Positions 38,253 through 51,300 of a stretch of 64,000 bases of DNA are shown here, piece by piece (position 1 is the first letter of the stretch; the number at the start of each line of letters is the position of its first letter). This DNA comes from Azolla caroliniana. Lineage: Eukaryota > Plantae > Polypodiophyta. The stretch covers positions 10,602,001-10,666,000 of the forward strand of contig JBHGNT010000003.1 of the NCBI GenBank assembly GCA_043228905.1, given 5' to 3'. Under the pieces are notes generated by a model. The model was not told the origin of the DNA and made no database searches. It saw nothing but the letters and a program-made list of their open reading frames with translations. Position numbers and translations under genes: made by a program.

Positions 38253-38833
38253 CAAAGGATGCTAGCATGCCACAGGAATTGCTCCTCAGCTTGCAAGTAA
38301 TGTGGTCCATTGAACAGAGACTCTAGATCCTGTCAAATGCCTCCAATAAGTCTTTGGAACTTAGACAAGGGCTATGAAGCCAAATACTATGGAATATACA
38401 TAAACAATGGAAATCATAATGTAGGCTTCTAAATAACAAATCATAAAATATCATGGATGTAAGTGCATATATGATTGCTTATCACCTATAACAAACGAGC
38501 TGCCGAATGAGACACAATTTTATTCATCCCCTTTCCCCCTCCCCAAGAGAAGCAGAAGAAGAAGAAGGAAGAGACATAAATAATAGGTAGCGTATCCAGA
38601 TTAGTGTGAGTGTATAATGAGTAGTAGATACATAGGTAGACACAGATTAAATACAACATTGCACAACTCTTTATAGAAGTATTATATAGTACGTATGTAT
38701 GTATACACAGAATACAAAAGAAGCCAATACTTCTTGTATAGAATACACATAGGAGTAGTTGTAGTTGCAAGACATTGTTTAGCTTCTTTTTTTGTTTCTT
38801 GCTGTATAAGGTGTTGGGAAAGAGAGAAAGAGA

Positions 38834-41800
38834 CACCTATGATAACAAAATTGGATTTGGCTTTTCTAACATAGATATTTGGCTCATTGTTTAGACAATG
38901 ATATCCAACTTTTATAAGAAAAGAGTGTAGTTTGTGATACCATATGCGTGGAGATTGCTTAAGGCCGTAAATAGATTTACGAAGTCGACAAACATGTGTC
39001 GGATGACTTGGATCTTCAAAAAATTGTGGTTGTTGTAGATAAAGTTCTTCATCTAAATCTCCATGAAGAAAAGCCGTTTGTACATCCAAGTGATGCAATT
39101 CTAGATCATGTTGTGCGGCAAGAGCAACGAGCATTCGAAAACCACATATTTTTAGCGTTGGACTAAATGTATCTTGAAAATCAATACCTGGTACTTGCGA
39201 AAATCCTCGAGCAACTACACGAGCCTTGAAGCGAATTGGATTGCCATTACTATCTCGCTTTATGCGTAAGACCCATTTAGAACCAATTATTTGTCGATCT
39301 TTTGGAGGCTCAACGAGGGTCCACGTACCATTTTTAAGTAAAGCCTTCATTTCTTCTTCCATAGCTTTTCTCCATTTGATAGAATCCGATCCGGAAAGTG
39401 CATCTTTGGCCGATAGATTTGTGTCATCACTAAGGGTTGGAATGTCTTCTTCTTGAATATAAGCTTCATGGTCCAAGTCCACGAAATATGCTTCCATTTG
39501 ATCAAGTTGTTCATAAATATTACTTAGAGATCTAAACTTTGGAGGTGGAGAGTTTGGTGGAGAAGTTGGTGATGGCACTTGGAATGAAGGATTAGGAGAG
39601 GGAGTGGAGAAGATAACATTATTTGTATTATTAGAGGGAGTTAAACAATGTATATTTAAAGGAGTATGAGGAAGAGAATCATCTAGAGATTGGAATGAGG
39701 GAAGATGAGAAGAAGAATTAGTTGGTTGAGTAGGATTGATCTTTGCCTTATGAATAGATGGAAGAGCAACACAAATTGTGGAAGTAGAGGATGAGCCAAT
39801 GTTGGCTCCTTCAATATGAGAGCTATTAATATTAGAGATGGTTGAGGAAGATGGTTGTAAGTAGTTAGGGGTAGGTAATAAGGGAGGTAGATTAGAAGAG
39901 AGTGAAGAAGAAACCTTTGTAGAAGGCCCATTTTCTTGGAATATCACATTACGACTAAAGAATATTCTTCGTTTTTGTGGATCGTAGAGCTTGTACGCCT
40001 TGTATCCTGAAGCTTCTCCATATCCGATGAAAGTTGATTTTGTAGCCCTTGGATCTAGCTTATTTCTTTGAACATTTGGCACAAAAGCATAAGCATCACA
40101 ACCAAAAATACGAAGGTTACTTAAGTTAGGTTTGTGACCATGCCATAGTTCATAAGGGGTTTGGAGCCCCAAGGATCTATGAAATCCTCGATTTTGAATA
40201 TAGCAAGCGGTGCCAACCGCTTCCTCCCAAAATTGAGGTGATAAGTGAGCAAATTGTAACATACTTCGAGCCATATTGAGAAGTGATCTATTCTTCCTTT
40301 CGGATACACCATTTTGTTGTGGTGTGTGTGGTGTTGATATTCTATGATGTATGCCTTCATTTAGATATAAACTTTGAAATTCATGAGACATATACTCACC
40401 ACCACCATCGGTTTGAAGACTTTTAATCTTTGATGATGTTTGCACTTCGACTCGAGCCTTGTATTCTTTGAATGCTTGATAAGCTTGACTTTTGTACTTG
40501 AGAAAATGCAAGATTGTAAATCGACTAAAGTCATCTATAAAGCTAATGAAATATTTGGCTCCACTAAGAGAAGGGGTTGGAAAAGGTCCACATAGATCAC
40601 TATGTACTAATGCAAGAGGGGTAGTGGCTCTAGATCTATGCTTTGGGAATGGTTGTTGGGGCATTTTCCCAAGGATACAACTTTCACACAAAGAGATGGG
40701 CTTGAAAGGTTCTTTTGGCAAACCATGGACTAGATTATTACATTGTAGTGTTTTAAGAGCATTGAAATGCATATGACCTAGATGAAAGTGCCAAAGAGAA
40801 GAAGGAGAATGAAGATTGGTTAAAGATATGGAGGATTGTATTGGGGTAGTATGATGTGCTTCTAAAATAAGAGATGTAGGAATACATTTTATGGGATATA
40901 AGCCTCCTTCTCGTTTACAACATGTTCTAATAAGTTCTCCATTTGAGGCTTTATGTTTGATAATAGCATGGTTAGGATGAAATTCAATGATAGTACCATT
41001 TGTCGTTGCTTGACTAACCGATAGCAAGTGTTTGGTAATGCCCGGGACATAGAGAACTTCATTGATTGTGAAATGTCTTCCTCCTGTGACTTCAAACGTA
41101 ATATCACCTTTGCCAATAGCTTGTTTAGTCCCATTATTTCCAAATCTTACAATGATAGGAGGTTCAACATCCTTATAGTTACATAACCAATATTTTCTAT
41201 TAGTTAAGTGGTTAGTAGCACCAGTGTCGAGATACCATATGTCATTTACATTACTTGGGTTTGGAATCGTCGGGGAAAGTGATTCAGCAATGAATGCTTG
41301 AAGGACGTCGTCATACTTGTCGCCATTTTGATATCCATCTCCTATGACTTTTTCATCATCCATCTCTTCTTCAACAAGATGGGCTTGTACACGCTTCCAT
41401 GGTTGATAACTCTTGAAATTTGACTTTGCGCGACAATCTTTGGTTGCATGATTTGTACGTTTGCATATTTTACAATAGGTATTGTTGAACCGCATTTCTC
41501 CTTGTTTAGTGTTTTGATCTTTCTTTATCCACGGCTTCGAGCTTTCTCCTCTTTGGGTGAACCTTTTGTTCTTGTATGCTACCATTGCCATACTTGGAGT
41601 TGAATTTGAAGACCTTTGTGAACACATTGTTTCCTCCTATCTAATGTTTGCAAGAAGATCGATTAGTGTTGGACAATTTATAGAGTTTTGGGTGGTTCTA
41701 AAAGTGGACCACGAGTGAGGAAGAGCACCAAGGAGGAGAATCTTTTGTAATTTATCATGGATTTCTAATCCCGAAGTTAACACATCATCTAATTTCTTTT

Positions 41801-42696
41801 GCCATATTAATAGAAATTCACCAACCGGTTGTTCGTCATTCATTTTGTAATTAACAAGTGCTTGAAGTGTATGCGCTTGTTGGGCATCATTTTTCGGCTC
41901 GTAGATAGTTTGTAAGTGCTTCCACATTTCATGAGCCGTCTCCATTTTTCACAATGTTTCTCCAGTGCCATCACTTACGTGCATTAGAATTTCCATTCTT
42001 GCACACAAATCTTTTTCTTCATATTCTTCAAGTTCTTCGCCTTTTTCAGGTTTTGTTGACGATCCTGAAATTATGTCCCATACTTTATTATATTTAAAAA
42101 GTAATTCTAATCTTGCCTTCCAAATTCGATAATTTGTGTCCGATAATTTCTCGATCGTGAATTTTCGCATGTTGAGTTGCGACGACGACATAGATTGCGC
42201 CATTATTGCAGAGGGTTGTCCGGATCAGCGCACGGCAAACACAAAATTGTCGTTCGTTATTTGACGATCTTGAACACTATGAATATAATTTATAGGGCAC
42301 GTGTTTTGTAATTTTTAGAAAGGCATTGGCTATAAGGCTATTAGGTCGTTTGGCTCTGATATGATTAACAAACACGCCCTTCCTTCCTCCCTCTTTGATT
42401 TTCCCTCCTCCTCCTCCTCTTCCTACACACACACACACATGACTCACTCTCCTCTTAATCCATTCATCTCTATTGAATAACAACAAGCACATTCATTCCC
42501 TCCGGCTGTCCCCTTTTTACATTGTAGAATCCTTTTTTTTGCAATCCATTCATTGGATGCACGTGTCTTTCTTAGAGCATGTCTTTGAATGATGTGATGT
42601 CTAGGTTTACATTGGACAAGTCCACTTGTCCTTGTTGAATCTTGATGGTGTAACGGCTTGACCTTACCACATTATAGTATGACTTGATATGTAACA
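38834..42696 (-). mobile_element. 3'-truncated Ty1/Copia retrotransposon
   Basis: ORFs 42203-41949, 41945-41637 and 41627 onward are one frame broken by two stops. Gag, CCHC knuckle (CKICKRTNHATKDC), PR (WYLDTGATNH), INT (VHSDLCGP, TDGGGEY, QQNGVSER); RT is cut just before YVDD. Degenerate PBS at ~42352-42364; putative 5' LTR ~42365-42696 is uncertain. Confidence 0.9.
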
Positions 42697-44378
42697 ATCG
42701 CACCATCACATTCCTCATAATTGTGTATCTCCAATCCTCACTTTGTTGATTCCCTAATTTACTCTTGTTGTAATTAAGAATGATGCCCCATGCTTAGTGC
42801 TTGCCAAATTGCCTAATGATGCACCAAAATATCATAAAACCACTTATTGATGATGATGCAACATTCAATTCAAGAGTGTTCGGGTGCGACACATTTTGAA
42901 TGCTAATGTTGAATATCTTCCAATGCTACAATTTGAAGTGGGGAAGTTGGTGATTCACTAACCACCAATTAACTAGATTTTGAAAAACCGACTATAAATG
43001 GCTTCCACATACATTCTCCACACACACACACACAAAATCAATCAATAAATCTTGATGTTAGACCTTGAACACAACATTTATGCATGATGACTTTGAATGA
43101 TCTTTGTCTTGACCAATGGTCATTCCCGAATCCCACCCATACTTCTTGTGTTCTCTTACAACTCATTCTAAATCTAGTCTAGCTTGGGTGGAGACATCGT
43201 CGATAACGGAATCTTGAAGCTATGTGTGTGTGTCCATGTTGTGTCTATGGGTAGCTTAGCTTAGGTAATAACAAAAAGGACATTTAATGAAAGGAGTGGT
43301 ATTGACAATGCTGCATTATACTACATATAGAGTGGTAGAATCTACACATCAAGAAACTCAACAATTTCCCTTACACGAATCCATCCCCATTATCATCACC
43401 ATCACCTTCACCTTCTTCTTCTTCTTCTTCTTCTTCTCCTTCTTCATATTTAGGTTGTTATACATATGTATATATGTACACAAAAGCTCGCCATATCCAA
43501 CAACAGGGGAAGCCAAGTAAGACAGGGTTTTGTGTGTGTGTGTGTGTTCTAAATTTTTTTATATAGAGATTAGTTATTAACTAAATTAACACTAATTAAT
43601 TAAATAATGCATCATACCCTACCTCCACCATTGTTGTTCCTCCTTCGCAGTTTTTTCTTCTTCATAACCAATAGAGGATTTGTCAGCATTAGTCAGGTCC
43701 CCAACGAATGTTCAGATTGATGTCAATATTTGTACACAATTGATAATATATGAGATTACCTATGTATGGATTGTCAAGTCTTGACTCTCGACTCTCGAGT
43801 CGAAGGCACTAGCAATCGAGAAGAGGTAATAGAGATAAACAAGAAAAGAGAGGGAAAAGAGGAGAAAGAGGGATTCGAGAGTGGGGCCAAAAGGGGAAAA
43901 CAAACAAGGAAAAACACACCAAAAGAGGGGGAAAGAGGGAAATTTGTTTTTTTTAACATTATTTAAAAAACAAAATGTATAAATAACCGGTTACAAAAAT
44001 ATTAATAGGCTAAATTCTGATTTTGGGGAAATTCTTGCCGGAATCAGTTCCAACTCCCTCCCTCTTTAAAACATTGGACTCTTGCAATGAGAAGTTAGTT
44101 TTAATGGTATTTTCTCGTTCCCATGTAACATATTTTATAGATTTATCCATCCATTTAATTTTAAATTCTCAAATGTTTTGTTTTAACATCGAGAATTTTC
44201 TTTGGCACATGTTGTTTAGAAGCTAAATCTTCAAAAGTAACCTGAGTTTCAATTGTAACTTTATTACCGCCAGAACTAAGAAGTGCTTTTAGATGACTTA
44301 CATGAAAACCTGGATGGATTTCAACACCATCAGGAAGAGCAAGATAATACGCTAATGAACGAATGCGTTTGAGGACAA

Positions 44379-44615
44379 TGAAAGGTCCATGAAACCATGG
44401 GGCTGACTTAGCACACTTATTGTGCACGAAACCATAGGACTGACTTAGCACACTTATTGTCATAGACATATGCCATCGTCATGGGACTGACTTAGCACAC
44501 TTATTGTCATAGACAGTGAAAGGTCCACGAAACCATGGGGCTGACTTAACACACTTATTGTGCATGAAACCATGGGACTGACTTAGCACACTTATTGTCA
44601 TAGACATATGCCATC
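44379..44615 (+). repeat. Patchwork tandem duplications of an insertion junction
   Basis: Five copies of GACTTA(G/A)CACACTTATTGT, three continuing into the LTR start CATAGACA; ~138-bp higher-order duplication. Confidence 0.85.
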
Positions 44616-45845
44616 ATCGGAGGCAAGGATTGAACCCAAGACCTTGACCTCCTGGTCTCCATTGAGCAATCTTACCCATTAAGCTACATATGCATTCTTA
44701 ACCCAACTTCACGTATTATAGATTGAAACTTGGAAGCTTCCTAGGTTGCATACATCCTCATGCATTCTCTATTCCTAGCGTGCACGCATCCTCATGCATA
44801 CTCTATTTCTGGCTGGCATACACATCCCTACCTTCTTGTATAAATACTCAACTGCACCTTGATTCTAATCATGGTGAACAACACTAGTTACGGAATCATA
44901 AGTTTGCGTTCTTGTTCTTTTTCGTCTCTCCTAGTTCTTAGTCTTCTCTTCGCTCCGCTCTATTATACTTGTCCATGACAGTTTGTTCACCTTCCCTCTT
45001 CGTGCTACAATGTTTGACTTCGTCGACACCTAAACCAAGTCATGGAAGCCTTGCAACAACTTCAGCTAGAGAATGAAATCCTTCGGGAATCATTACGAGA
45101 GCTGCAATCCGGAACTTCAAGAAATCCACCACCCGCCGAATCACAACCATCGTCAACACCTAGCCCGACCACGTCCTCTTCCCATCCATATTTCCTTGAA
45201 CCAATTGTCAACCTACCAGACAAATTCAATGGCACGAGGGCGTATTTTCATGGCTTCATCAATCAAATTCGACTTATCGTCCGGTTACAGCCCCAACGGT
45301 ATGCTAACGACTTTTCTTGGATCGGCCTCATTGGCACTCTTCTCTTTGGATCGGCGCAAGCGTGGTTTGCACCCTTGGTTGAGACCTCATCCCCTCTCTT
45401 AGAAAAATTCACCACTTTCATTGATGAGCTCGAAGCTACATTCGGCGAGGCAGACCGGCGATGAACGACACTCACGAAGATCTATTCCTTCCAACAAGGC
45501 TCAAGTCCAACCTCTGTCTACGCTTCAGAGTTCTGTCAGATTGTTTGCAATGTCAGTTGGGATGACCAAGCCTTATGAAACCATTTTCTTCGTTGTCTCC
45601 GAAATGATGTCAAGACTCTTCTCTTAAACTTCACGGAGCCCACGTCTGTCGAATACGAGTGTATAATGGCCGTATTCACACTGTCCTTTTTGGATAGTCC
45701 AAGTTTGGGCTATTTCTGTAAATAGCATAAAGGGTAGTTGCCCTAGGATAGTCACTATATGTAGTGACTTTGTAACCTTTAGTAAAGGTTGGTTGGTTGT
45801 CATTTTGTAATTGTTGCTATTGACAAATAAAACGTTTCTTTGTGC

Positions 45846-45897
<52 letters not shown>

Positions 45898-47632
45898 CTT
45901 GTTTCATTCTCATACACATGTCCTTCAACATCACAGATGTTGTTTGTTCTTCCTCACTAACGACCTTGTCCCCAACATTTGGTATCAGAGTGTTGGAGGT
46001 TCTTCAACCCGTTGCCGACCGCCATCGTACACCACAACATTCTATTTTTTGTAACTTCTTGAAGAACAGAGAAGAGAGAAGACAAGCAAGAAGTTTGCAT
46101 CTCACTGTGTTAAATCACTAATTGGAGTAAGCTAGCCGGCTGTACTCTGTTCCTGTGATTGTAACCACTTGAGGCAAGCTCCCTGTGCAACACCCAACCC
46201 AATCGTGCTTCATTCGGTTAAACGACATCCGAATAGGTCACCGGACGTTATTCACTCGCTTGTTGTAACCACCCGCTGCAGATTGGTCTCCTGGCAACAA
46301 AAAATTCATGCTTCATTCGGGATTATCAGTTGGATTTGTCCCTCTCATTGCTGCAGTCACCCGAAGCAAAATCGGCCCAAACAATCGGTTTCTTGTAATC
46401 GGTATTCGGCATACAATCGGAAGCTAACCGGGCTCACTCCGATTCGGCAACATTTGGGAAGACTAGCTGGTTTTGTCCCTCAAGTTACCGGAGTCACTCT
46501 GAACAAGTTCAGCAACAAGTATTCGAAACCAAACCGACTCGGGTTCAGAACCGACTGGAACGATATTGGGTGAGCCGACCGGCTGATCCCCACTAAGGTT
46601 CGTAGTCAACTCCGAACCGAGTCTTATCAACCGAAACCGAAGCTGATGCATCAACATCCGGCTCATCGGAGATGAGTCTAAGGAGGTTCGATGGTTCGAA
46701 CTTCAACTTCTGGAAGGAACAAATGCAGGACTATCTCATAGTCAAGGGTTAGATAGACCCAATTGAGAATGAAAATCCTCCAGAAGCATACAAGGCAAAC
46801 GAATGGCTAAAGCTGGACAGAATCATCCGCGCCACGATTCGAATGCACTTATTGGAGTCAGTGTACTTCACAGTGCAATCGTGCTCGACAATTTTTGAAC
46901 TATGGAAAACACTGTCGGAAACTTATGAAAAGAGGGTCGCTGCAACGAAGATGTATCTGATCCGGCGCCTCTACAACTTGCGGATGAAAGAATCTGATTC
47001 GGTTCATGCACACCTCAAAGAGTACGAAAGCATAAGCTCCCAAATCTCGTCTCAGGGGACGGCAATCGAGGATGAACTCAGAGCAATGATACTCATGAGT
47101 AGTCTCCCCTCTTCATGGGAAACTTTTGTTACAACCGTGTGCAATGCTTCAACAGCTGTTGTTAAGTACTCCGAAGTCACGAGCGCGATCCTAACTGAAG
47201 CAGCTTGGAGAAAGTCTTTCGCCAAAGACTCGGGCGATGAAGCTTACGTAGTACAAGGTTCGACCGACCGATCGAACAACCGTGGAAGAAGTTCTTCCCG
47301 ACCATCGAACAATCAGTGAAGCCGAAGCAAGTCCCAGGACAACCGAATCTGCAACAACTACAAGAAACCGGGACACATCAAAGCCAATTGTCGAGCACTC
47401 AAAGCAAAAACCGACAAAGCTCAGAGAGCGGATCAGAAGAGTAGCCGGCATGAGGAGGTCAACTACGTCGACTCTTCAACCGAAATTTTGACGACCGACC
47501 CGAACATATTGTCCATAGAGAATCCAGTCGAATAAGAAGTTTTGCTTACGACTGAGGAATCGAGCACATGGCTCCTGGACTCGGGCGCATCGTATCATGT
47601 GACACCTCACCGATCTCAGTTTCGGCAATACT

Positions 47633-48364
47633 TGTTGGGAGACAGGTCCCTCCGGATGGGAAGGGAGAAGAACAGTGCCGACGAACAATCTCGGCTACGG
47701 AGAGCCGGATGGTGCAGACCCGGTGTGAACCGGAAGAGGAGTACCTGGCTACGGAGAGCCGGATGGTGCAGACCCGGTATGAACCGGATGAAGAGTACCC
47801 GGCTACGGAGAGCCGGATGGTGCAAACCCGGTATGAACCGGATGAGGAGTACCCGGCTACAGAGAGCCGGATGGTACAGACCCGGTGAGAACCGGATGAA
47901 GAGACATATTAGTAAATATGTTTCTGATAGTCCATCACGGCTACATTTGTAAATAGCCAAAAAGTCATATTAGTATAAATATGACTTAGGGCAAACATTT
48001 AGTAACTGTTGTTGTTGTTGTTGTCATTCTTGTTGGTGCAAGAATAGAGAGTGTGCGTAACTGTACAGAGAGAGAGAGAGAGAGAGAAAGAGGTCGTTGC
48101 CTCTGTTGTAACCGCCGCCTGTGGCGAAGATCTGTGAGCACGAGGTCGGTGCCTCAGTGAACTCATTGTTGTACATTCCATCATAGTGATAGTTTGTAGC
48201 CTGTGGGTTGCCATGGTTTTTTCCCCTAGTTTGGGGTTTTCCACGTAAACCTCCTGTGTACCTCGTCTCTTCTTTGTGTCGCGTTTTATTTCCCGTTTTC
48301 TGTGTATCATTCTAAGCTCGGTTGTGGCCGAGCATTGCGCATAAGGAACAACCAGTTCCCGTCA
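47633..48364 (+). mobile_element. Solo LTR inserted in the Copia protease region
   Basis: TG...CA with perfect TSD ATACT; TATA at ~47974; host reading SQFRQY|SDRHSKSVRVGN resumes after it. Confidence 0.88.
47692..47902 (+). repeat. 54-bp tandem repeat x4 in the U3 of the solo LTR
   Basis: AGAGCCGGATGGT recurs at 47701, 47755, 47809 and 47863. Confidence 0.92.
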
Positions 48365-51300
48365 ATACTCGGATCGGCACTCCAAGTCAGTTCGAGTCGG
48401 AAACTCGCAGCATTGTGCTATAATCGGAATCGGCACCGTAGAGCTCAACCTTCCGGGTGGCTCTACACTCGTACTACACAACGTCCAACATGTTTCTGAG
48501 CTCTCAAGACCCTTGATCTCAATTGGACAGCTTGACGAAGCCGACATTCGTGCTGGATTCTCATCAGGAGGGTGGACACTCCACAAAGGGAACCTCCTGC
48601 TTGCTCGAGGACCAAAGGTACATTCTTTGTACCCTTTATATGTCACACTCAAAGAGGGTGACATATTTTTGGTTGATATCCCCGTGTCATCGTTATGGCA
48701 CAGACGACTTGGACACCTCAACAAGGCCGGCATAACGCACCTATCTAGAGTTGATTACATCCCCAAACTCTCCGTCTCGGATCACCAATTCTGCGAGCAT
48801 TGCCAGTATGGCAAACAGGTAGCCACATCACACCCGACATCAGCACCAAGAGAATCGATTCCCCTTCATTTGGTCCACTCGGATGTTTGTGGCCCGATGC
48901 CACATTAGTCTCTCGGCGGTGCTTCGTACTTCGTTAGTTTTATTGACGACTCGACTCGGAAGGTTTGGGCTTATCCCATCAAAACCAAAGATTGGGTGTT
49001 CTCGATCTTCTCCGAATGGCTTGCAATGGTTGAAAATCAGACCGGTCGGAAACTAAAATGTCTCCGAACCAACAACGGAGGAGAATTCAAGTCTGAAGAA
49101 TTCGTCAAATTTTGTCGGGAACGCGGCATTCGACGTGAATATACGACACCCTATAGTCCGGAGCAGAACGGAATTGTTGAACGCATGAATCAGACGATTC
49201 AAGAACGCATAATATCCATGCTCCAACACTCCAGACTATCGGATGGCTTCTGGGCGGAGGCTCTACTTACGGCAGTACACATCATAAATATGTCGCCAAG
49301 TAGACCTCTAGGACTTAAAATACCTCAGGAAACATGGAACGGCAGTAAGCCGAATTATGACAAGTTGAGGATCTTCGGCTGCAAGGCGTATGCCCTCATA
49401 CCGAAAGACGATCGCCGGAAACTTGAACCAAGATCAAGGAAATGTGTTTTCCTTGGATATCGACCCAACGACGAGATCGGATACCGGCTCTAGGACCCCG
49501 AGCATAGACAAATCGTCCGAAGTTCGGACGTCGTGTTCAACGAGTCAGCTATGCATAAAATGGCCGAAAGGCCTATTGAAGTCCGAAGGGTAATATTCTC
49601 CGAAGTGCCAACCCTTCATGAAGGCCCAACCCACAACACGAGATCGGTTTCACAGGTAACCAACACCTCCCGCACTGAATCCATCGATTCAGCACAACCG
49701 AGTGACTCGGCTTCCGACCATCCGACATCTATACCCGGTGCAACCAATCCAGTCATACCTCGAAGATCCGAGAGACTGTTGCAACCTCTGAAAAGGTATT
49801 CTCTCAGAATTTTCTTTACTGACGCCGACGAACTGACGTCTTACAAAGAAGCATCGGCATCTACCGACTCAGCCACCTGGCATCTGGCGATGGAGTCGGA
49901 AATGCACTCCATTCGTGCAAACAAGACTTGGGACTTAGTCGAATTACCGGAGAATCGGCGTGCTCTTCCGTGCAAGTGGGTCTATCGACTAAAAGAGACG
50001 TCCGACTCGATCAACCCAAAGTACAAGGCTAGACTAGTTGTGAAGGGATTTCAACAAGAACATGTTGTCGACTTCGACGAAATCTTTTCACTAGTGGTGA
50101 AAATGACAACCCTTTGTTTCATGCTCAGCGTTGTGGCCGCCGACAACTTGGAGTTGATTCAGCTAGATGTAAAAACAACATTCCTCCACAGTGACCTACT
50201 AGAGGAAATCTATATGGAGCAGCCGAAAGGCTTTGTGGCATCTGGCCATGAACATCTAGTCTGCCAACTCAGGAAGAGTTTATACGGCTTGAAACAGGCA
50301 CCCCGACAATGGTACAAAAAGTTCGACAACTTCATCCAGTTGGTCGGCTTCTCCAAGAGCGATGAGGACCACTGTCTCTTCACCAAAACAGCTCAAGACG
50401 GGTCTCCCGTCTTCCTCATCATTTACGTGGACGACATGCTACTCTCCGGCCGACATGCCGGAGAGCTCACCGAACTCGTTTAGAAACTGCGGTTGAAATT
50501 TTCCATGAAGGACCTCGGTCCGGCAAGACACATACTTGGTATGAAGATTAGTCGGCATCGCGATAAACGACAACTTTTCTTGTCTCAAACTGACTACATC
50601 AGACGTGTCTTGGAACGCTTCAACATACACTCAGCCAAGTCTGCTTCCACCCTACTCCCCATTAACCTTCGGCTGTCTCAGCGAGACTGCCCAACATCCG
50701 GTCCGGAGGGGGAAGATATGAAGTCGGTATCGTATGCACCGGCAGTCGGCTCCCTTATGTACGCGATGGTTGCGACACGACCTGATATTTCTCATGTCGT
50801 AGGAGTCATCAACAGATTCATGCACAACCCAAGCCGATCGCACTGGAACGCAGTCAAGCATGTGTTCAGATATCTAGCTGGCACAAAAGACCACGGCATT
50901 CTTTTTGGTTCGAACTCAACGTCAGGTGTAGTCGGTTACACCGACTCGGACTTCGCCGGTTGCGTGGACAATGAGAAACGAACAACCGGATATTGTTTCA
51001 AATTCGGCAATGGAGCAATCTCGTGGAAGTCAAAACTTCAGGAGTGTACAACCACCTCAACGACCGAAGCGGAATATGTAGCTGCGTCTGACGTGGCAAA
51101 AGAAACTTTATGGCTCGGTCGGCTGGCGCACACATTTCAACAAGTCAACCTCAACTCGACTCCAGTTGTCTACAACGACAGTCAGGGTGTTGTTGCTTTG
51201 TCAAAGAATCCGGTTCACCACAACGCCTCCAAGCATATCAACGTTTAATATCACTTCGTTCGGGACTGCATCATTTCAAGAAAAATCGGTCTCGAGAAAA

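Noticed and set aside
38486-38834. C-terminal tail of the 981-aa Copia ORF as an extra domain
   Set aside because: Read-through into unrelated low-complexity DNA after the RT truncation
47542-47960. ORFs with 18-aa repeats; possible hammerhead ribozyme (retrozyme) in the LTR repeats
   Set aside because: The ORFs are by-products of a 54-bp tandem repeat; the core reads CGGATGA rather than CTGATGA and no properly placed GAAA follows
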